Source of the DNA: an uncultured Lentisphaerales bacterium
GTDB taxonomy: Bacteria > Verrucomicrobiota > Lentisphaeria > JABSQK01 > UBA12247
Direction of reading: 5' to 3'
Assembly (NCBI GenBank): GCA_943788985.1
Contig: CALSSJ010000017.1
Coordinates: 83,795 to 147,794, forward strand
Length of the DNA: 64,000 nt
Position 1 is the stretch's first letter; the number at the start of each line of letters is the position of its first letter. Both the position numbers and the translations under genes were made by a program. The notes below the pieces were generated by a model. It was given only the letters and a program-made list of their open reading frames with translations, ran no database searches and had not been told where the DNA came from. Of this stretch, positions 10,105 through 20,056 are shown piece by piece.

Positions 10105-11376
10105 ATGGTTGGAAGACGAATGATTATTATTGCCCGGGCAGATCCGATTATCTGCAGGCACGCGGCAGAAGCGCGCAACTTGGCGGAGGCAGCGCTGCAG
10201 GGCGGATTCGAGCAGGTGCGGATTGTGACCTGGCCACTGGCTACGATTCTGGAAAGCACCCTGCCCTGCAAGCAACTATCGCGCATTTCTCCGTACTCGG
10301 AAGGGATCGTGGTGGACCGGCCCGAGGCCTTGGCTGGCAGCCAAGTGCTGGACGGCCGCCTGCTGCAAGCGATGACCGGGCACGTGAGCGAGATGCTGAT
10401 GGATGGCGTACCGACCACTATCGTGTCGCTTTATCTGGTGCCACATGCCCAGGTGGCGGTAGATGCGGTGCAGTCGGTGCGGCGCTCGGGCGTGCAGCCT
10501 GATGTGCACACAATCGCGGAAGCAGTCGGATCTGATGTCACCGGCATCGTCCGCTGTGCGCTGGCAAGCGGGCATTTCGGGGCAGCACAACAAGTGCTGG
10601 GGACATTCCTGGCCAATGATTGTCCGGTGGCGGTCTCTGAGTATACGCGCTCGATCATTATCGACCACGCGACGGAGGTCGATCATGCGCTGGGTACGCA
10701 CTATGCCCCGCAGATGGGCGCCCGCCTGCGCGTGAGCTACCCCGCGATTGATACGGCTTCGTTTATCAACGCGGAAAGCAACCGGGATTTGATCAGCCAG
10801 ACGCTGGCTCGCTACCGATTGTTGGAGGGCAAGTTCATCCTGTTTCTATCGCGGGTATTGGAGGCCAAGGGAGTCGCCGACCTGATCGAGGGCTATCGCC
10901 GCAGTAAACTGTATGGCATGGTCCCGTTGGTGATCGCCGGGACAGGGGACTTTCTGGAACAGGCACAGGCACTGGCCACCGGCGACGAGCAGACGATCAT
11001 GTTTCTGGGTGCGGTGGATGAGCAGGAGAAGCGGGCGTTGATGCACGGCTGCGGGGCGTTTGCGCTTCCCACTAAATCTCTGCCTGACTGTACGGCGACA
11101 TTCGCCGTAGCGATCGCCGAGAAGATGCTCTCCGGCGGCAGCGGCCCGGTGATCACGACGCGCGTGGGTGGCGCCTGCGAGGCCACGGGCGATCACTGTC
11201 TTTATGTGAGCCCGGGAAGACCAGACGAGATCGCGGCGAGTCTAGAGCGGGCGCTCCTCCTGATGTCGCTGGATGCAAGACGTGAATTGAGTGAGAGCGC
11301 CCGCAGCTATGCGATGCAGTTCGATTGTGCCCGGGTGCTAAATAATCTGCTGGGGACTCTGCTGCGAGCAGCCTGA
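10105..11376 (+). CDS. Glycosyltransferase, GT4 (GT-B) family
   Basis: The C-terminal half reads FILFLSRVLEAKGV...LVIAGTGD...FLGAVDEQEKRALMHGCGAFALP...FAVAIAEKM, which is the EX7E-type region. Confidence 0.65.
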   Translation: MVGRRMIIIARADPIICRHAAEARNLAEAALQGGFEQVRIVTWPLATILESTLPCKQLSRISPYSEGIVVDRPEALAGSQVLDGRLLQAMTGHVSEMLMDGVPTTIVSLYLVPHAQVAVDAVQSVRRSGVQPDVHTIAEAVGSDVTGIVRCALASGHFGAAQQVLGTFLANDCPVAVSEYTRSIIIDHATEVDHALGTHYAPQMGARLRVSYPAIDTASFINAESNRDLISQTLARYRLLEGKFILFLSRVLEAKGVADLIEGYRRSKLYGMVPLVIAGTGDFLEQAQALATGDEQTIMFLGAVDEQEKRALMHGCGAFALPTKSLPDCTATFAVAIAEKMLSGGSGPVITTRVGGACEATGDHCLYVSPGRPDEIAASLERALLLMSLDARRELSESARSYAMQFDCARVLNNLLGTLLRAA

Positions 11377-11402
11377 AGCACGGTCAAGCTCAAGGACTCA
11401 GG

Positions 11403-13727
11403 CTATTCGGCGTTTTCCTGCCGCCAGACCCGAATCTCACGGAGGAAGGCGGGTAGCACGGTGCGGGAATTCTTGGCCCCGATGCCTTTGACGGCCATGC
11501 CTTCTTCTTTGGTCACCGGCGCTAGGTTTGCCAGCGCCTGCAGGGTGCCGTTGTTGAGGATTTTGAAGGCGGGCACGCCACGCTTGGCGGCCATCTCGTC
11601 TCGCACCGTCCGCAGGCGCTCGTAGAGATCTGCGTGGTCTCCGGAGGTCGCTGGCGCTGGTGCGGACTCCGCAGGGGCGGATTCGACAACGCTGCTCGGA
11701 AAAACCATCGGCACTCGCTTGCTGCGGGCCATGACCTCGCGGCCAAGCGGGGTGATGATCACCAGCGGATACTTGCTTTCGCCGTTGCGCTTGACGCAGC
11801 CTGAGCGCATGAGCACATCGAGAAGCTGGAGCACCTCGGCGCTGGAGCAGTCTACGGCCCCGTAGCCGGACAAGTGATGCAGGCCAGCATCGTATATCTC
11901 GCGACTCTGGGAGCCGGTCACGAACTGGGCAACACGGTTGCGCCCAAAGCGGCCACGCAGGGCCTCAACCCCGGTGAGGACGCGCACGATCAATTCTTCC
12001 TCGGCGGTAGTCGGCAGGCGGCTGCTGGCAGTAGTTTCGCCGCTGCAAAGGTCACAGGTTCGACAGCGCCATTCGCCGGGTTCCTGGCCAAAGTAGGAAA
12101 TGAGGTAGCGTTGGCGGCAATCGTGGGTATGCGGATAGCGACAGACGATGTCGAGGCGATCGGTCTCGAGCTGGGCGCGGCGTTTCTCGTCTTCGAACGA
12201 GACGGCTAGGGTAGCCTCCTGTGGCTTTCGCAGGGTAATCCCGCGGCCGGAGAATGGCGGCAGCCAGACTAGCTCAGCGCCGTTGAGAGCGCGAATGACA
12301 CGGCGCACTTGGTCGCCGTCTAGCCCGGACAGACGCTCGAGGTCTTCGTAGGTGATGTCGACCCCAAGGCTAAGTTCATGGCCGTAACGTTGGAGTAGGA
12401 TGTGCATCATCCTGCCGCGCTGGGTGTCGGGCCTAGGGAACTTGCGCAAGGCTTCTTCGCGGGAGACTTGCATGCTTAGTTGCCCGCGGTTCTGGTGTCG
12501 GTTACCTCGCACGATATACTCGTACTTCTCGAGCACTTTTAAGGCAGCGCTGATTTGTTGATCGCCTTTCACATCAGGGATGACATCGGCGAGCAATGCC
12601 TGGGATACTTCAAGGTAGTTGGAGTTTTCCTGCATAGCCCGGGAGCGCAGTTCCTGGTAGACTCGGGTCACGACAAAGGGCGGCGGATTGCTCATCTCGA
12701 TGAAGAACTCATGAATCATGCGATCCTGCTGGGAGAAGAAGAGGATGCAGCGGGCATCCTCGCCATCTCGGCCGGCCCGACCAGCTTCCTGATAGTAGGC
12801 CTCGAGGCTGCCTGGGATATTGAAATGGATCACGCGGCGGACATCGGGACGGTCGATGCCCATGCCGAAGGCGTTGGTGGCCGCGACGACAGGACAGGCG
12901 TCATGAGTGAAGTGTTCTTGGGCCTGGGTGCGTTCATCGTCCGTCATTCCGGCGTGGTAGCGAATGCAGCCAAGTTCGGCACCAAGCAGGTCGATGACCT
13001 TGCGTGTGGCAGCGTAGATAATGGTGGGCGCCGGTTCCTCTGCCAGCATCTTCTGGATCTGCTTGATCTTGCGCTCCTGGCTGTTGGTCGGGAGGCAGGA
13101 AAAGGCAAGATTCGGCCGGGTGAAGCCAGTCACGAAGACGGACAGCTCTCGCCGTAGTTGGGTGGTAATGTCGGCACGCACCACTGGCGTGGCGGTCGCG
13201 GTAAAGGCGCAGACCTGCGCAATGTTCAGATCCTGCAGATGCTGCCCCATACGCATGTAATCTGGCCGAAAATCATGGCCCCACTGGCTGATACAATGGG
13301 CCTCATCAATCACGGCCATGGATGGTGGATGGGTCTGCAGCAAACGCCGGAATGATTGGGAGCGAAACCGTTCCGGCGCAACATACAGCATCTTCACTTC
13401 ATTGCGGGCAACACGCGCCATGGTCTCCTGCTGCTCAGTTGGAGACATGGTGCTGTTGATGAATGTGGCGGGGATGTTCTTGCGCAGCAGCCCGTCTACT
13501 TGATCCTTCATCAGCGAGATGAGCGGCGAAAAGATGAGGGCATAGCCGGGTTTCATCACGGCAGGGAGCTGATAACACAGGGATTTTCCGGCACCTGTCG
13601 GCATGACCACGCACATCTCCTCGCCATGAAGGATGCGTGAGATGACTGCTTCCTGCCCTTCCAGAAACGCATCGTGCCCGAAGTATTGGGCGAGCGCGTC
13701 GAGTGGGCCATTGTCCTGCCCTTCCAC
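11403..13727 (-). CDS. recQ: ATP-dependent DNA helicase RecQ
   Basis: 774 aa. Contains GQEAVI...MPTGAGKSLCYQLPA, DEAHCISQWGHDFRPDY, the zinc-binding Cys cluster, and a C-terminal HRDC-like region. Confidence 0.9.
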   Translation of the reverse strand: MEGQDNGPLDALAQYFGHDAFLEGQEAVISRILHGEEMCVVMPTGAGKSLCYQLPAVMKPGYALIFSPLISLMKDQVDGLLRKNIPATFINSTMSPTEQQETMARVARNEVKMLYVAPERFRSQSFRRLLQTHPPSMAVIDEAHCISQWGHDFRPDYMRMGQHLQDLNIAQVCAFTATATPVVRADITTQLRRELSVFVTGFTRPNLAFSCLPTNSQERKIKQIQKMLAEEPAPTIIYAATRKVIDLLGAELGCIRYHAGMTDDERTQAQEHFTHDACPVVAATNAFGMGIDRPDVRRVIHFNIPGSLEAYYQEAGRAGRDGEDARCILFFSQQDRMIHEFFIEMSNPPPFVVTRVYQELRSRAMQENSNYLEVSQALLADVIPDVKGDQQISAALKVLEKYEYIVRGNRHQNRGQLSMQVSREEALRKFPRPDTQRGRMMHILLQRYGHELSLGVDITYEDLERLSGLDGDQVRRVIRALNGAELVWLPPFSGRGITLRKPQEATLAVSFEDEKRRAQLETDRLDIVCRYPHTHDCRQRYLISYFGQEPGEWRCRTCDLCSGETTASSRLPTTAEEELIVRVLTGVEALRGRFGRNRVAQFVTGSQSREIYDAGLHHLSGYGAVDCSSAEVLQLLDVLMRSGCVKRNGESKYPLVIITPLGREVMARSKRVPMVFPSSVVESAPAESAPAPATSGDHADLYERLRTVRDEMAAKRGVPAFKILNNGTLQALANLAPVTKEEGMAVKGIGAKNSRTVLPAFLREIRVWRQENAE

Positions 13728-13730
13728 GTG

Positions 13731-14294
13731 TTACGTATCCTGCATGTACAGCTGCCGGTTTTCGTAGAAATAGGACCAGCCGGAATATGCGGTAAACGCG
13801 GCAACGCCGTAGAGCGTCCAGGTCCATGCCACTTGGCAGGTCTCGAGCGGCAGCCAGCCTACCCAAAGTGCGCCGCCGAAGACAAGCCCCAACATCTGAC
13901 AGGTGGTCTTGGCCTTGCCGATGTTGTTCGCGGCCAGGGCGATATTTCGCTTGGCAGCAAGTGAGCGCAGCCCAGTCACGCCAAATTCTCTCGCAACAAG
14001 AACCACAGCGATCCAAGCCGGACATAGCTCGTGTCCGACGAGCGTCACGTAGCTCCCAACCGTAAACACTTTATCCGCGAGGGGGTCGATCAACTTCCCA
14101 AAGTCGGTCACTAAATCGTACTTGCGGGCAATGTACCCATCCAAGATGTCGGTGAACCCGGCCACAATGGCCATGAGGTACGCGATCTTCCACCAGAGCA
14201 AATGCCCCTCGACCGACGCCGGAATCGCAGCAAGTCCCAAGAAGACACCGGTGGCAAGGAAACGGCTGACTGTCAGCTTATTAGGTAAGTTCAT
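13731..14294 (-). CDS. pgsA: CDP-diacylglycerol--glycerol-3-phosphate 3-phosphatidyltransferase
   Basis: Contains NKLTVSRF and the CDP-alcohol motif DILDGYIARKYDLVTDFGKLIDPLADK. The stop lies 3 nt upstream of the recQ start. Confidence 0.85.
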   Translation of the reverse strand: MNLPNKLTVSRFLATGVFLGLAAIPASVEGHLLWWKIAYLMAIVAGFTDILDGYIARKYDLVTDFGKLIDPLADKVFTVGSYVTLVGHELCPAWIAVVLVAREFGVTGLRSLAAKRNIALAANNIGKAKTTCQMLGLVFGGALWVGWLPLETCQVAWTWTLYGVAAFTAYSGWSYFYENRQLYMQDT

Positions 14295-14471
14295 GGAAAA
14301 GGGTGGCGCGTCCAAGTGATTGAAACAGTACGGGTACAACTGCCCGCAATGCCTGCCATTCACGCAGCCACGACCCGCAGGAACGATTGGAAATCGGCGA
14401 TCCTGGCAAACGCTCCTGATACCTGTTAGACTGCGCTATGACTTTTATGATTTCGCGCAGATTTGAGACCT

Positions 14472-15085
14472 ATGAATTAGCACTCTTTTCACGCCTTGGC
14501 GTTTGCCCTGATTTTGAGTCTTTCGGTGCACGCTGAATACACAGCCCGACCAGAAACCGAGCGAGAACTTCTAGACCTGTGCCTGGAAGAGCTCATGGAT
14601 CTCAAGGTGACCACCGTCTCAAAGCGGTCCACACCGTTTTCGGATAGACCCGCGGCGGGTTTCGTTTTGACTCGTGCAGAGTTGATTCGCTTTAGCGTCT
14701 CGCAGATAACAGATGCGCTGCGATTGGTTCCGAGCGTGCAGGTCGCGCGACTAGATTCGAAGAAGTGGGCGATCATGGCACGCGGGGGCGGAACTCTGCT
14801 CGCGAATAAGATGCTGGTGATGATCGATGGGCGAAGTGTCTGCAATAAGATTTTCTCAGGCGTGCTGTGGCATAACCCCGATCTGCAGTTCGAGGACATT
14901 GAACGCATTGAGGTGGTTCGCGGCCCGGTAAGCTCATCCTGTAGGCCAACGCTGTGAACGGAATTATCAACATCATTAACCGTCCAGCTCAGAGGCGCTT
15001 GGCGGGGGCATCGAGCTCGCTGTGGGGAACGGGGCGGCGAACGGCCATCCGCGGCGTTGCATGCCGCGCACATGCCAAAATCTAA
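14472..15085 (+). pseudogene. TonB-dependent receptor remnant: signal peptide plus plug domain only
   Basis: ATG 14472 is followed by TAG at codon 3 (14478-14480). The frame then reads HSFHALAFALILSLSVHA / ...LKVTTVSKRS...SVSQITDALRLVPSVQV...MIDGRSV...IERIEVVRGP. A frameshift follows near 14930. The next frame gives ANAVNGIINIINRPAQ..., which terminates at 15083-15085. No beta-barrel follows. Confidence 0.65.
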
Positions 15086-15097
15086 CGTTAATTCCGC

Positions 15098-15595
15098 GTG
15101 GGCCCGACGTACAGGTTCTCGTCTGATTTTAAGTATTTTCTCACAGTCACCGTTTTCTGTGCGGCCGTCTCCACGTTCGCGCAGGAGCCAGCGCCCGCAG
15201 GCCAGAGTCGTCTGCAGGCGATGATCGTGTATAACATCGCACGATCTGTAACCTGGCTGGCGGCAGACTCTCTGCCGAGGAATCGGTTTCGCATAACCGT
15301 GGTAGGTGGGACTGCCCATACCAGCGGGCTCTCGGCCCTGGCTTCGCGGAAAGTGATGGGCCTGCCAATCGAGGTTGTGGATGCCAAGGTCAATGCTCAG
15401 TCACCCGCGGACATGATCTACGTGGCCTCCGCTGCCCCGGTCTTGCAGCATAGCGTAGTCGGCAAGATCAGCGATCGACAAGTTTCCGCAGCGTTCCTAT
15501 GTAAAGCCCTCCGTACGCGACCGAGGGACCGGGATTACGCGGACATCTCCGAGAGCATCTTCGAGCCGTTCTTCAAGACCAAGCCCTTAGGCTAG
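15098..15595 (+). CDS. YfiR/DUF4154-like periplasmic protein whose 3' end runs directly into a histidine-kinase ATPase remnant
   Basis: Has a signal peptide (...VFCAAVSTFAQEP). The YfiR-like core reads LQAMIVYNIARSVTWL...RFRITVVGG...VMGLPIEVV...MIYVAS. The ORF then ends ...DISESIFEPFFKTKPLG-TAG, which is the G1/G2 region of an HATPase domain. Confidence 0.45.
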   Translation: MGPTYRFSSDFKYFLTVTVFCAAVSTFAQEPAPAGQSRLQAMIVYNIARSVTWLAADSLPRNRFRITVVGGTAHTSGLSALASRKVMGLPIEVVDAKVNAQSPADMIYVASAAPVLQHSVVGKISDRQVSAAFLCKALRTRPRDRDYADISESIFEPFFKTKPLG

Positions 15596-16140
15596 GGCAC
15601 CGGTCGCGGGCTATCCGCTGTCTTTGGCATCGTCCCCCAAACCGGCGAGATTCTTGATGTGGAAACCCACGTGGGCCCGGGGACGTCCATTCACATCTAC
15701 CTACCGGAATCTCGCAGCAGCAAAACCGATACGATCCAAACCAGCATCGAGGAAATGCCACAGCGCGGCGATGAAAAGGTCTTAATCGTCGAGGATGAAA
15801 GCAAAGTGCGCAAGATGGCCATGGACGTACTTTCCGGTTACGGCTACACCGTGCTCTCGGCAGGTTCAGGAGAGGAGGCACTCAATACTGCTCGCGGAAA
15901 AGGGGGGCGTAGATCTACCGCTAATGGATCGAGTGATGCCGGGCATCAACGGGCACGCGCTGAGCATCCGGGTTTGGGCAGTGTTTCTCAAATTTAAAGT
16001 TCTGTACATGTCCGGCTAGGGCGGGGACACCTTGATTAGCTAGGGACCTAGAGGGGCGAGATGCTCAACAAGCCATTCGCGCCCAAAATACTGTTACGCA
16101 AAGTCCGAGAGATCCTGGAAAAGCCAGCCCGCACCATTAC
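15530..16140 (+). pseudogene. Decayed C-terminus of a hybrid sensor kinase (HATPase end plus receiver domain)
   Basis: Reads IFEPFFKTKPLG-TAG(15593-15595)-GTGRGLSAVFGIV...VGPGTSIHIYLP, then VLIVEDESKVRKMAMDVLSGYGYTVLSAGSGEEAL. After that come at least two frame changes (..MPGINGHAL.. / ..KVLYMSG-stop / ..LNKPFAPKILLRKVREILEKP). The HisKA and sensor parts are absent. Confidence 0.6.
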
Positions 16141-16155
16141 TTGGGGCGTGCGCAG

Positions 16156-16575
16156 TTAGAGATCTGCGACTTCCATGTCCGCAATCCAGACAATGGTGGC
16201 ATCCTGACTGGCGTCATTCATGATCAACACCGAAGCATGATCCACGTCCACTGTCAGTGACGCTACCTCAGTCGAGGCAGCTGCCGCCGGAACTGCTGGC
16301 CGCAGAAACAACGCTCCGGCGATCGCGACTGCTGCAAGCGAACTGGTCAAAAACCAGAGCCCGGCTCGCCCGCGGTGTACCATCGTCGCATCCTGATGCA
16401 CTAGGGACAAGCGAGCCCGCGCATCTTCCTGAAACGACTCCATATCCGGCATACGCTCGGTGACCGCTTCCGCCTTCAATCCGCGCTCTATTTGATTCCA
16501 ATTCAAAAGCTGGCTCCCTTGTGCTTTGCCTGCTAACCATACATCGTGTGCGAGCGTGAGACGAACCGCAATCAC
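16156..16575 (-). CDS. Hypothetical single-pass membrane protein (anti-sigma-like topology, no partner sigma adjacent)
   Basis: 139-aa ORF with one TM segment (GLWFLTSSLAAVAIAGALFL). No family motif recognised. Confidence 0.35.
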   Translation of the reverse strand: MIAVRLTLAHDVWLAGKAQGSQLLNWNQIERGLKAEAVTERMPDMESFQEDARARLSLVHQDATMVHRGRAGLWFLTSSLAAVAIAGALFLRPAVPAAAASTEVASLTVDVDHASVLIMNDASQDATIVWIADMEVADL

Positions 16576-16699
16576 GGTCTATTCAACGTTTTCGGCAGAT
16601 TTTTAAAAACTTCTTTGAGAACGTCTGCCCGGACCAATGTTGCAGGCAAGACTGTACCGCCCTATTGTACTGGCGACTCGCACTACAAAGGACCGCCCC

Positions 16700-18622
16700 A
16701 TGCACACAGGTACTCGGCTGATTATAGGCGGCATTGCCATTGCGGCCATAGCCGTCGCCGCGCTCACAGCGAACGATGGCGAGGCACCCGATGCGAGCAA
16801 GGCTCACCGGGAGCTCTGCATTCAGACTGCGGAGTCCGCAGCTGCACTACTCTCTCGGGCCGACCTCAAGGATGACCAGTTCGCTCAGCTGAGCAAAGCC
16901 ATTGCTGCTGCCTTGGGGCAGCCTGATGCACAGCTTATGGTGATTGACCGCCAAGGTATCATCCTCAAAGGTGCAAATGGCGTCTCCGGCAAGCGAGTGT
17001 CAAGGATGTACGAGTCGCTGAACGTCGACGACCTATATCTGGATTTTGGTGAATCGCGCGTCATCACTGGCGCGGGCTCAGACCTGCATGCCATCGGATT
17101 GGGGCGCGGGGCGACCGTTGTCCTCGCCGCGTCTCCTCCTGCTCCCAGACAAAACAGCAACAGCAGCAGGGGCCTGTTGCTGGTCGCCCTCGTCGCCACG
17201 CTAATTCTCTTGCTCGGTTCTTTGAAAGGAACTGGAAGCGGCGCCAACCTCGAGCCACTTCGCACCGCTGCCAGCCGTATTCTGCAAGGGAAAGTGGTGT
17301 CCCCGGTTACGGACAAGCCCGCGGGAACCGAAGTAATTGTCGATGCCTTCAATCTGCTCAACGAGCGCGCCCAGCAGAACGAGGAACTGGAGGAGCAACT
17401 GCTCCGCTCGCAGAAGATGGAAGTGGTGGGCACACTCGCGAGCGGCATTGCCCACGACTTCAACAACGTACTCGGCGGCATCAGTGGTGCGTTGGACCTG
17501 ATCCGCAGCGAAATCACCACACCGGATGTCATGCCTGACACACATATCATTTCCAGCATGGCACGAGTAGCCGTGGACTGCGTGCAGCGCGGGCGCGAGA
17601 CAGTGGATCGCCTGCTCTCTTTTTCACGCAAAAACCAACAGCGCAAAGAGTGCGTAGACGTAAATGTGGTCATCCCCAGTGTCCGCAAGATGTGCGTGCA
17701 TACCTTTGATACGCGGATTGAAATCATTGCCGAAACTGTCGAAGAAGACGCTCTCATTTGCGGGCACCGCAGCGATTTGGAGCAGGCCCTGCTAAACGTC
17801 TGCTTCAACGCGCGCGATGCGATGGATGGCTGTGGCAAGCTGATCCTCCGCGTCGCGGTTCAGGACGCAGACGAGTTGAGAACGCGCACCAGCCATCAAC
17901 TGACTGCCAGACGCTACGTGATCATCCTCGTCCGTGACGATGGCAGCGGCATGAACAGTGAAACCATGGCAAGAATCTTCCAGCCGTTCTTCACCACCAA
18001 GGCCAAGGGCAAAGGCACTGGCCTTGGCTTGGCCAATGCCTACCGGATCATCGAGGATTCCGGTGGCTGGATCGACGTGCAGAGCAAAATCGGCGAAGGA
18101 ACCTCAGTCTTCTTCTATCTCCCAGCGGAGTCGGTCGCCAAGGACCAGGCCATGCTAGTCGGCTCCTTCCCTGATCCAGTCCCTATTCCCGACGAACAAA
18201 CGCAACTGGGAATACCCGCGCCGGCTCCCGATACGCAACTAGGGAGCAAGCAGACAATTCTGATCATCGAAGACGATGGCATTCTGCGAGAGTTGACCGC
18301 TTCGCACTTGGAAACACTGGGCTTCAATGTCATTTCTACCACGACTGGAGAAGAGGCACTTACTGCCTTTGACGATAATATTGGCTCAATCGACGGGATC
18401 CTGCTGGACCTGATTTTGCCGGGAATCTCCGGCGAGGACGTGTTTAAAAAAATTCACAAGGATTCTCCGGAGACAAGGTTTCTGGTGACGAGTGGCTCCA
18501 ACAACGATGACCTGATCACGGAAATGATCATCAATGGCTGCAAAGGCTTCCTGCCGAAGCCATATTCGCTGGATGAACTGTCAGCCTCAGTCACCAACGT
18601 ATTGCTGGCAAATGGACGCTAA
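16700..18622 (+). CDS. Hybrid sensor histidine kinase / response regulator
   Basis: Has an N-terminal TM segment, a HisKA H-box ([13 protein letters not shown]), an HATPase ([25 protein letters not shown]...[11 protein letters not shown]) and a C-terminal receiver ([12 protein letters not shown]...[11 protein letters not shown]...KPY). Confidence 0.85.
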   Translation: MHTGTRLIIGGIAIAAIAVAALTANDGEAPDASKAHRELCIQTAESAAALLSRADLKDDQFAQLSKAIAAALGQPDAQLMVIDRQGIILKGANGVSGKRVSRMYESLNVDDLYLDFGESRVITGAGSDLHAIGLGRGATVVLAASPPAPRQNSNSSRGLLLVALVATLILLLGSLKGTGSGANLEPLRTAASRILQGKVVSPVTDKPAGTEVIVDAFNLLNERAQQNEELEEQLLRSQKMEVVGTLASGIAHDFNNVLGGISGALDLIRSEITTPDVMPDTHIISSMARVAVDCVQRGRETVDRLLSFSRKNQQRKECVDVNVVIPSVRKMCVHTFDTRIEIIAETVEEDALICGHRSDLEQALLNVCFNARDAMDGCGKLILRVAVQDADELRTRTSHQLTARRYVIILVRDDGSGMNSETMARIFQPFFTTKAKGKGTGLGLANAYRIIEDSGGWIDVQSKIGEGTSVFFYLPAESVAKDQAMLVGSFPDPVPIPDEQTQLGIPAPAPDTQLGSKQTILIIEDDGILRELTASHLETLGFNVISTTTGEEALTAFDDNIGSIDGILLDLILPGISGEDVFKKIHKDSPETRFLVTSGSNNDDLITEMIINGCKGFLPKPYSLDELSASVTNVLLANGR

Positions 18623-19268
18623 GCTTCCTGGCTGCGTGCTGTTTGACCTCGACGGCACCCTGGCCCATACACTGCCAGATATCGCCGAAGCCGTGCGCCA
18701 GACCGTTTGCCGCCAGCGCCCCCCGCCGGATGACACCGTCGCCACCTGGATCGGCCACGGCGTGCAGCGTCTCGTGGAACGAGCACTCGCTGGTAAGATT
18801 GATGCCCCCGAAGATCCGCCCGGGCTGGAGGCCGCGCTTGACGCATTCGGCACCTTCTATGCCGCGCACGCCTGCGAACAATCCGCGCCATTCCCCGGCG
18901 CCCTCACCTTGCTCCGCCAGCTGCGGGACTCTGGACGCAAGACAGGCTGCGTCACCAACAAGGGCAGATACTTCACCATCCCCATGCTGGAGGCATTCGA
19001 ACTTGCCACGCTGCTCGACGTCGTAGTCTGCGGCGACGACCTACCCCAGCGTAAACCAGATCCTGCTCCGCTGTTCCATGCCTTAGACCTACTGGGAGAG
19101 AAAGATTCCGTGTATATCGGTGATTCGCGAGCGGACTTTGATGCAGCCGCCAACGCCAAAATCCCATTCATTGGCGTCAGCTTTGGCTACGATCATGCGG
19201 CACCACTGTCCCAAATCCCTGGGATCCATTTGCTGGATTCCTTCGCAGATCTGGCACGCCTGCTTTGA
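18612..19268 (+). CDS. gph: HAD-family phosphoglycolate phosphatase
   Basis: ATG 18612 overlaps the kinase stop. HAD motif I is VLFDLDGTLAHT. Also contains TNK and YIGDSRADFDAA. Confidence 0.7.
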   Translation: MDAKLPGCVLFDLDGTLAHTLPDIAEAVRQTVCRQRPPPDDTVATWIGHGVQRLVERALAGKIDAPEDPPGLEAALDAFGTFYAAHACEQSAPFPGALTLLRQLRDSGRKTGCVTNKGRYFTIPMLEAFELATLLDVVVCGDDLPQRKPDPAPLFHALDLLGEKDSVYIGDSRADFDAAANAKIPFIGVSFGYDHAAPLSQIPGIHLLDSFADLARLL

Positions 19269-20056
19269 CTCCCATCGACTTCACCAAGATGCAGGGTGCT
19301 GGCAATGACTTCGTGGTCATCGAGGATTGTGATGAGCAGCTTCAGCTCAGTGCTCAGCAGCTTCAATTCCTAGCAGATCGCCGCTGCGGAATCGGCTCAG
19401 ACGGCATTCTTCTGCTTCGTAAAGACGCCGATTTCGCCTACCGCATGGTGTTCTTTAATCCCGATGGTGGCCGGGCCGAAATGTGCGCGAATGGAGCGCG
19501 TTGTATCGCCCGCTTTGCGGTCGAGCGCGGCCTGGCCCCCGAGAGCCACACCTTTCTCACAGACGCCGGTGTCCTCTCAGCCAACGTTGAGGGCGAGCGC
19601 GTTCAGCTCATCATGCCGCTGCCTTCCAGCGTCCAACTGCACCACACGCTCAGCTACGACGACCGCTCTCCCGTCCCAGTACACCTGGCCAATACCGGTG
19701 TGCCGCACGCAGTGTACTTTGTCGCTGACGTGTCCGCGGTAGACCTTGCGGACATCGGCCCAGCGATCCGTTACCATCAGGACTTCAGCCCCACCGGGAC
19801 CAACGCCAACGTCGCGGCCGCCGCTGATGGCGAGCTTCGCATTCGCACGTGGGAACGGGGCGTCGAAGCCGAAACACTGGCCTGCGGCACAGGCGTGACA
19901 GCTGCGGCTTGGCTCGCACGCGAGCTAGGCCTCGTTCACTTTCCCCTACGAGTCCACACGCAGGGCGGAGACGTCATTACCATCGCCGAAGATCACGGTC
20001 AAGTCATTCACACTGGCCCCGCCGAAATTGCCTTCCGAGGCCAGATCTCCTTATGA
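19265..20056 (+). CDS. dapF: Diaminopimelate epimerase
   Basis: Contains FTKMQGAGNDFVVIE, FFNPDGGRAEMCANGARC and ERGVEAETLACGTG, including both catalytic Cys motifs. Confidence 0.9.
   Translation: MTPIDFTKMQGAGNDFVVIEDCDEQLQLSAQQLQFLADRRCGIGSDGILLLRKDADFAYRMVFFNPDGGRAEMCANGARCIARFAVERGLAPESHTFLTDAGVLSANVEGERVQLIMPLPSSVQLHHTLSYDDRSPVPVHLANTGVPHAVYFVADVSAVDLADIGPAIRYHQDFSPTGTNANVAAAADGELRIRTWERGVEAETLACGTGVTAAAWLARELGLVHFPLRVHTQGGDVITIAEDHGQVIHTGPAEIAFRGQISL

Noticed and set aside
14477-14485. TTAGCACTC, identical to the left half of the CIRCE (HrcA) operator
   Set aside because: No GAGTGCTAA right half lies 9 nt downstream. The site sits in the receptor-remnant leader, far from dnaJ and grpE. 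I treat it as coincidence.
6271-15595. In-frame TAG codons in three genes (6271-6273, 14478-14480, 15593-15595), which could suggest amber-codon reassignment
   Set aside because: TAG also terminates full-length intact genes at the expected position, for example 30606-30608 and 33355-33357. All three TAG-bearing loci carry additional frameshifts or truncations. Ordinary nonsense mutations in pseudogenes are the simpler explanation.
16885-17838. 317-aa minus-strand ORF inside the hybrid sensor kinase
   Set aside because: It is antisense to a gene with clear HisKA and HATPase motifs. Its Ser/Arg-rich translation has no recognisable motif.
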